Shown: positions 23,585-31,230 of the stretch, piece by piece
Layout: each line of letters starts with the position of its first letter
Position numbering within the stretch: the first letter of the stretch is position 1
Origin: Blastocystis sp. subtype 4
Lineage: Eukaryota
DNA: 32,906 nt
Direction: 5' to 3'
Assembly: GCF_000743755.1 (NCBI RefSeq)
Contig: NW_014569446.1
Coordinates: 1 to 32,906 of the forward strand
Notes under the pieces: generated by a model
Seen by the model: only the letters and a program-made list of their open reading frames with translations
Databases searched by the model: none
Told to the model about the DNA's origin: nothing
Position numbers and translations under genes: made by a program

Positions 23585-24506
23585 ATGATCCTTACCTTCC
23601 AGACTTCATTCCCTTCTGTAGATGAGGAAGAGAGATATGCCGATATTGATGTTCCTGCCACTCGCCGTGTGGATGATGTTTGATTCTGACAGATTCTTTT
23701 ATCAGTAGCTTTTTAAAGTCATTTCAGCTGAGACTGGAGTGTCGTTGACTTCTCCTATGGAAATTGAGATTAATGGTGAGAAGTATTATCGTAATGACAC
23801 AAGAACCCTTCAGGAAGCTAGTAAGATATCTATTTTGGTTGTAATTATAGATATCAACGAGTATGATATGGTAGAAGTCAAGATTCTGAAGAACGGTGGT
23901 AAGCCTATTCCTGGAAATGGTAGACTAGACTGGATGTGTTAATGTGTAGTCACTGTTATGGATTTGTATGGTGCTTTGGGTGATCGTCTGAAGAGATTGC
24001 ATACCGATGTTCCTAGTAGATGTTGTTGTATGGAGTGAGTGATAGTTGGTGAGATTCCTTCGAAGGAAGTGGCTGTAAAAACTATTGAGAAACCAGTGGA
24101 GAAACCAGTTATATCTTCTCCTGCCCCTGCTGCCCCTGCTACCCCTGCCGTGGCAGCTCCTGTTGCTGTCCAGGTTCCTGCGGCCGTTAATGCCTTCACT
24201 GTGAAGAAGCCAATTGCTAATGCATTCAAGATCAAAGCCCCAGGCGCTGCATCGAATGCCTTTACGATTAATAAACCTGTTGCTGCGGCTGCTCCTGCAC
24301 CTGCTCCAGTCGCAACCCCAACTGCTCCTCAAACAAGTACTTCAAGTGCTCCTCAAACAAGTGCTCCTCCAGTTGCACCTCCAACTGCCGCTCCTAAACC
24401 TAATGCCTTTACAGTAAAGCCTACTACTCCATTCGCAGTAAAACCTGCTACTCCATTTGCAGTAAAACCACTAGGAGCAAGCAAATTTACTATTAAGAAG
24501 CCATAA
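23585..24506 (+). CDS. Protein with an N-terminal ubiquitin-like domain and an Ala/Pro-rich tail carrying F-x-[VI]-K-x(0,1)-P repeats
   Basis: Four 30-31 nt introns give MILTFQTSF...ADIDVPATRRVDDLFKVISAETGV...EIEINGEKYYRNDTRTLQEANINEYDMVEV (Ubl-like), then the 24039-24506 ORF. Confidence 0.6.
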
Positions 24507-24555
24507 GGATATTTGTTTGTTACATTGCTCGTATGAGTCGTAAAGAGTTGAACAT

Positions 24556-25710
24556 ATGATCCGAAGTCATCTCTTTGTTATTCTATTTGTCTCTCTTTTC
24601 TCCCAAGCATTGAGAGGTGTTTTAGCCTCAGTACATATCTGAATTCCTTTTCACTTAGTTATCGCGAAATAAAGACGGATCCTATGCTTATTCCACAGGT
24701 CTTCTAACAATCACAGTGGAAGTTGGTAATGACATGATAACTTATTTTTAGAGCATCAAGATGCTATTTGCGTTCTGTTGGCTGAAAATGGAGGAAAAGA
24801 AGGATCGTCATTACAGAAAGACACTAACTCTTCGTGAAATTCTTCTAATGGCAATACCTTCGATATGTAATTCCATTTCTGGGAGTCTGTATTATGTTCT
24901 TCAAAGAATGCTCAACGATGAGTTGACAATTCATGTTTTTCTGTTCATATGGATCAACTGTAGTCCTTCTCATCCTTTCAAATTGTCACTGTAGCGATTA
25001 TCTCCTATTTTCTTCTTCATCGATCGTACTTTCTTCTGTTTTCTTCTTATCTAGATTAACCATGACGCATTGGATGGCATTACTTCTCTTGTGTACATCA
25101 GTGATGTCAATTGAGCTGCGTTCCTGTCCTCGATGTCATACTACAGATTATCCATTTCTTCCTTCAGTTCTCGGTATCATATCGGCCAGTGCTCTGGGTG
25201 TTTCTTCCGTAGTAACTGAGTGGATCCTGAAAGAGCATCGAGATATCCATATGCCACAACAAACACTGTGGGTCTATTTGTATGAACACAAAGTATCTCT
25301 GAATAATAGCTGGTCCGTTGTCATAGCCTTTATGCGCATGTGCTTCTTTGGTTCTCCGCGACTGACACAACAACTCACCTTTACGAATTGGAATGGTTAT
25401 GCAGTTTGTTTAGTTATTTCAGAGGTGATTCGAGGTCTCTCCACCTCGTACATCCTCAAGAAGACGGATTCGTTAACTAGCTCCTTCGTTTATTGTTTCT
25501 CATTGATTGTAGCTGCGCTTATCCTCTCTTCTGTTACAAATGAAGTCATTCCATATCCTTCTTGTTAGCATTGTTGTATTCCTTTATCCTACATTTTCTT
25601 TCTTCCTAGCTGTTGGTAATCTATCTATTGCTACCTTTGTATACTATACGGCCCCAAAACCGGTGGCAGCAATTGATTCGTCCAAACCAAATCCAATGGA
25701 TCTCGTTTAG
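24556..25710 (+). CDS. Nucleotide-sugar transporter (SLC35A family)
   Basis: YAYSTGLLTITVESIKM, MAIPSI, HWMALLLL, GVSSVVTEWILK, GLSTSYILKKTDS and a last TM PFSFFLAVGNLSIATFVY (after the AT-AC intron). Ends TAG 25708-25710. Confidence 0.85.
25553..25592 (+). other. U12-type AT-AC intron (40 nt) in the SLC35A gene
   Basis: ATATCCTTCT...TTCCTTTATCCTAC. Removal gives EVI-P-FSFFLAVGNLSIATFVYY, restoring the final TM helix; the unspliced frame stops at 25568. Confidence 0.88.
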
Positions 25711-25829
25711 ATAGTTCATAAGTTGGAGATTGTTTGTTGCAAATAGAAGAGCATTTGTTTTTGGCGGGGAAAGGGAACAAACCACTTTCAATTCCTTTCA
25801 CATTGCTTTTTGATCGTCTAGTAACGAAC

Positions 25830-26814
25830 ATGAATTATGGAGGTAGATTAGTAATAGAAATTGGTTGAAATGTAGATGGATACAATTATGCTGGAGGTGA
25901 CACGGGATATGGTTCTAACATGCAAGGAGGGTATTATGATATGAGCCCGTACGGAGGAGCAGATCTAAATGCTTCGACTGGAAACTATACTGGAACGGGA
26001 GGTCCAGGGACTCCTTCAAGAGTATGAATGAATTATTGAAATGAGGGACTAGAGTAACGAACCAAGAAGCATTCTTCCTATTGTGGTATCGATGGTGAAC
26101 AAGTGTTTCAAGCAACAAGAAGGATCCTTTTCGTTATTCGATATGAAGATAACAAATGTTTTGAATTAGGAATGGTTTCACATCTAGGTATGTGTCTGTG
26201 GGTTAATTACAAGTTGTTTGGAAGGAACTGGAGGAAGTAAAGAATATACAATCCACGATGGTACTGGCTCGATTTCGGGAAAGGCCTATATGGCCTCGGA
26301 AGAATCTATGTATCGTTTTAGTGAAATAATTAACAACTAGTACAAGTGGATATGTAAAAATAATTGGTCTTTTGAAGGTTTATCGAGATCGTGTGTCTCT
26401 CTCGATTCATACCACTCTTCCACTCTTCAATTTTGATGAAATTACAGAGCATTACTTATCAGCAATTAGTTGCTATTTGTACTACAAGAAGAAATGTAAT
26501 GGAATGAACTCGACTTCAATGGTTGGAAGTACAGCAATAGCCGATCACGGAGCTAGTGGTTATGGAATAGACATGTCAGACACAGAATCGAAAGTATATG
26601 AATGGGAGTGATTGTCATGTAGATTTATAATTTGCTTCGAATGAATCGTGAAAGTGGAGGAGAAGGTATGCTATTGGATGACATCGAGCGTGCATTAGAG
26701 CCTCAAGGAATCTCTAAGGATGAGGTTCGTTTCCATGTGGACCAAATGGTACAGGGTATGACGATCTTTGAGAGCAATCCTAATATGTTCAGTGTGCAAT
26801 ATCATGTTTGTTGA
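25830..26814 (+). CDS. RPA2: Replication protein A 32 kDa subunit
   Basis: Gly/Tyr-rich N-terminus, OB fold (SILPIVVSMV, VCVCGLI, YTIHDGTGSI, YVKIIGLLK, NFDEITEHYLSAI) and C-terminal winged helix. The likely true end is MFSVQ with a poly(A)-created stop at 26800. Confidence 0.88.
26805..26812 (+). terminator. TGTTTGTT polyadenylation-positioning motif of RPA2
   Basis: Exact motif, with the codon-initial T at 26800 five nt upstream. Confidence 0.75.
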
Positions 26815-26836
26815 ATGGAAACACTCAAGAGAAAAG

Positions 26837-27864
26837 TTAGATTCCAGGTAGAGGAAACCTGTGATAAGACTGCTCTTGTGTGGGTTGTTTCTGTTCGGCT
26901 TCTTGAGCTGCAATAGCTGCAGCCTGTAATGCTTCTAAAGAACTACTTAAATGAGGAACTCCATGAACAGGAGAAGGTAAGTTATCAGGATGACCATAAT
27001 TCTGATAAGCTGAAACAGGATTACACACCGGATAGTAACCGATAGGTCCATAGGGTACTTGTTGATAGTAATAACCCATACTAACAGGAGTGGGTGTACT
27101 TCGAGAAGATGCTACAGAGACTTCTTCAGCAGCTCCGTCCAAAGATATAATACCTTCAGTTTCCGTTGTTTGTGATGGATAAGAGGTGTCCATACACAAT
27201 CCAACATCTTCATATGTAGCAGGTTGACAACCCTTTTGTGATTCGACCTTTTGTATTTCTTTACTTGCAACACGTAGTAACGCTTCAAACGAACATTGTC
27301 TCTAGGAGTCAAATTCCACTTCTGCACATACAGAACTATAATTGTGAGCACTAAGAGCACTATCCACAGAAACACTCTTCATTCCTATATGACGGTTTTC
27401 TGATTTCCGGCGACTCGTAAGAAACCGTTCTCGTGAAAGAGACCTACGATCATCAACCATACCGAAAGGGACTTTCCAAAACCTTTCTTTCCAGAGTCAT
27501 CTTTTAGTTTATTCTTTTCACATGGATTACAAACTAGTCTGCGTTTATATCTTCGAGTTACGTGAAACAATATTCCTCACCTAGATCTGGAACATGGCTC
27601 TCCGCTCTTATGATCACACTTCGGATAGCCAGGACATTGACAATGGGAACACTGGATTTCATTACACCAAATGCATCGATTTGGCCGAGGACCTGGTTTC
27701 TTCTGTTTTAGAGTCAATAGCGCAATGGACGACATATCTATATGATTTTGATCTGATTTTGGAAACGAAGCATCCTACAATCCCCTCAGTAGTCTGTTTC
27801 CCATAAATACAACACAACTGAACAGGATGGGTCATTCATCAATACCTACATTTTCATTCATCAT
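26837..27864 (-). CDS. Unknown protein with an N-terminal Cys/His-rich putative zinc-binding domain and a low-complexity C-terminus
   Basis: Spliced frame RCIWCNEIQCSHCQCPGYPKCDHKSGEPCSRSRYKRRLVCNPCEK...SFEALLRVAS...YYYQQVPYGP...SLEALQAAA. Start is uncertain. Confidence 0.55.
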
Positions 27865-27975
27865 AAATTGAATGATATCACTTTTATGAGAGACTGAAAC
27901 ACAATGACTTCAAAAACATGCAGAAAACGGCCCTCTTGACAAAAATAGGGACAATTATATGTCACAACAAACAAT

Positions 27976-29459
27976 TCATTTTTTTCGCTTGTAGGATACA
28001 ATAATTGGATTTCCATTATAAATAAGACCATGTAAATAGTGTATAGCTTCTGTCGCCAAAGTGATATCAGCTAAAGTTAAGGTAGAAGCTCTCTTCTTAC
28101 CAAATGATATAAAAGCTTGTCCCTTCATCCGTCCTGTTAAGAGGGTGAATTGAGCTTGGTTAGTGTGTAAGGGAGAACACAATGAAACTAATTCCTCGCA
28201 GGTGATGTTTTTCGGAAGATTCCGAATGAATATCGTTGAGTTGGGAGTTCCTTGATCATACTAGGTATTAAGCAGAATCACCGTTAGAACATTCGTCATT
28301 TGGGGTAACTGACTCATCTGCTCGTTCGTAGCATAGGAACTTTCAGAATTAGGAGTACAATCTGTTCTTGAATTATTGCTTCTTTGCATTTGCTCCATAG
28401 TCCGTTCGTTATCTCTCTTACTATTGCTTACTCGATCCCTTTGTGGATTTGAAAATGATTCATAATCTAGAGGTACATTGGGATTGAGAAAAGCATCCTT
28501 AGCAACTCGAATTCGTTTCTCTTCTTTAGGAATCTGTTCAGAACACTTCAGCGAATCTTTGCATCTCTTTTCTGAAGATATCTCCGTAAGGTTTAACACT
28601 TCATCACGAACGATAGGATGAGTCCTTACAAAGTCCTCATCAAGCTTCTTAAGCAATAGTCTAGAATCTGTTCGAGGAAGATGACTCACAACAACACCCT
28701 GAGTATCACGAACAGTCACATCTTCATAATACCGAGCCTGAGGCGTTCGCAACCGTTGTCTAATTATGTTCGAAAGGATATTCACTCACAGTGATAAGGA
28801 CATATCCATATCAGAGTCCAGACTTGCAGCTAGTGACTCCTTTTTTCCATTTCTCTCTTCTGCAGATTCTTGGAGCTCAATATCACGACGAGCTGACTCA
28901 ATCTTGAAATACAAACGACGAAGATCAGGAGGAAGAATCTCTACAATCTCATCAGGAGAGTGAATTCGCTCAAATTCCAGAATTCGTTCAATCTCTTTCT
29001 ACTGTCAATTCACAACAGAATCACTACTGCGGACAAATGATACTTGTACAATTCCCTCCGTCGTTTCTTTTCTTCCTGGAGTTGAACAAATTCGTCATGG
29101 CTCTTCAAACCATCCAGTGCATCTTCCTTTTCATCCACAAATGGCTTTTTCTCAACAAATTTAAGCTTTTCACGTTGATCAAACGATGTTTTCATCTCCT
29201 CCTGAATCCTCTCTTCGAATTGAGTCTGATGATATCTTCCTGGTTCACCAGGAGTCAATATTGGGTCAACAGCAACGCGTTCCCCTCCGATTCGAATGAC
29301 ATCACGACTGTAGTATCGCTTAGCATCACCCATCTCCACTCCAGTCGTATAGACATTGATTCTCTTTGCAAATGGATTGAATCCGAAACTTGGCATCTTT
29401 CGGATCAACAGATTATTGTGATCACCGAAACCCCGTCTTAACGAAGAAACGGTGGTCAT
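27976..29459 (-). CDS. RBM41: RBM41-like RRM protein (paralog family of U11/U12-65K, RNPC3)
   Basis: Single C-terminal RRM YDQGTPNSTIFIRNLPKNIT.EELVSL...FTLLTGRMKGQAFISF...A..A...LHG....G.PIIVSY. The N-terminal GLKSHDEFVQLQEE...L....LS..EI block resembles RBM41. 4 introns. Start at 29459 or 29396. Confidence 0.7.
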
Positions 29460-29467
29460 TCTTTAAT

Positions 29468-30382
29468 ATGAATATTGCCATTTCGAAAGAGGATGTGGAC
29501 ATTTTACGAGCGTATGTAACGGCAAAAGATGGTCATGAGTATGATGAAGTGGAGGCAGGAATAGTGTGTTTTGATATTACTCACAACTATTTGAAAGTAC
29601 GGATGCATGGAGTGAGAATGCCAATTTCATCGAGTGTATTGGTTTGAAGAATGGTTGATATCAAGATTCTGGATTTAAAACGAAAAGTAGCAATTCACTC
29701 GGGGACACCAGTTAACTTCCAACGATTGGAGTTACGAGGGGCTGATGGGTCATTTGTACCAATGAGTGATGATGATGATTGCAGAGATGTGAATTAACAA
29801 ATGACAGTGCAACTCTTGAGAATTATGGATTCAAGAATGGAATGGAAGTTCACTGTATTGATTTTGTCGTTACTGTTGGTTATTATGATACGTAGAATCC
29901 AGATTCACTTGCAAAAGATGGTGGGTTAGATGATGAAACAAAGATCGAGAAGAAGATTATGACGGATGAAGAATATAGCAAGCGAGAAAACACAGTAAGA
30001 TTTCAGAGGCTCCAACTAGAATCACAACGAATTGCGGAAGGAGTTGGATTTGTAGATACATGTGATTGCTTAGAACACTGCCGATAATGAGTATTCAATT
30101 GATTCTATCAAAGATATGAAGGTTGGAGACCGCTGCGAAGTAAATCCGGGTGGTAGACGAGGAACCATTCGCTGGGTGGGTCAATTGCAAGAGGGAGATG
30201 TGAATCGAGGCGGATATTGGGTTGGAGTTGAATTAGATGAACCAATGGGCCGAAATGATGGATCATACAAAGGAAAACAACTATTCTCTTGTCAACAGAA
30301 CTATGGACTATTTGCTAGAGGACAGAATGTGACTGTGGGCGACTATCCTAATGAGCTTGATGAGTTTTCCGTTGTTTGTTAA
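29468..30382 (+). CDS. TBCB: Tubulin-folding cofactor B (Ubl + CAP-Gly)
   Basis: Ubl region (ILDLKRKV.IHSGT), then GGLDD...IEK.IMTDEEYSKRENTVR and CAP-Gly GDRCEV...RGTIRWVG...WVGVELDEPMGRNDGS..G..LFSC..NYGLF...VTVGDYP. Likely ends DEF with a poly(A)-created stop at 30368. Confidence 0.93.
30373..30380 (+). terminator. TGTTTGTT polyadenylation-positioning motif of TBCB
   Basis: Exact motif, with the codon-initial T at 30368 five nt upstream. Confidence 0.75.
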
Positions 30383-30402
30383 GGAAATACATTCATTAGA
30401 GA

Positions 30403-31113
30403 ATGGATAAACTTCTGAGCACGTATTCTGCAAGTATCGAAGTAACTGTTTTGTCTTCTTGTTCCCGATAGAGAAATCCAATTGTAACAAAGTGTATCAC
30501 TTCTATGATCCTTGTTGGTTTAAGTGATATCCTATCTCAAATCCTAACAAAGAGTAGGATAAGCTGAAATCCTCCAAAATAGATCGTCGTGATCGTTTTC
30601 TCCGTCTCTTCCGCTTCGTTGCCTGGGGATGTCTCTTTGGAGTCATCGGTCATTATTATATCACATTAATCAACTATTATGTCCCAGGAAAGAGTCTTGG
30701 AAACATCATCTTGAAAGTTGTGATTGATCAGGTAGACATAGGACCTAATGTCTATTGTAGGCGATTTGGTCTCCATCTATCAATGCATTGTTCTTCTTTT
30801 TCATTTCGTTCCTTGAGGTATTTCTTAATAATAGAGATCAGTCGACTAGACGCCCAAAGCGCAGCCACGACTTGGTCTCGAGAGTATTCGCAAGAATCTG
30901 TTGCCGACACAAAAAGCGAATCTTATTATCTGGATCCCCATTCAAGCCTTCAATTTCTTATTCGTACCTCCAAAGGTAGGTTTTCAGAACTTTTGTGTTG
31001 GGTAGTACCAGTTAGTTATTATCAATGTAGTTAGTTTGTTCTGGAATTGTTATTTGTCTATCGTGGCAAATAGACACGTTGAATATACAAGTGTTGAATC
31101 TCATAGTGTTTGA
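30403..31113 (+). CDS. Mpv17/PMP22 family membrane protein, 5 introns
   Basis: RNPIVTKCITS.ILVGLSDILSQ, RLFRF..WG, KVVIDQ.IWSP and NL.IWIPIQ.FNFLFVP...Q....NVVSLFWN.YLS. Not recovered by the ORF track. Confidence 0.9.
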
Positions 31114-31230
31114 GTTGTTTCGACTCAAAGTTCATTTCTTGTTTCTTAGTATCAGAATCACTTTAGGAAGAGAATGAGCAATAATATGGGTTCCACGGGA
31201 ATTCTAGTTTCTTTCATTCTCTGAAAGACG

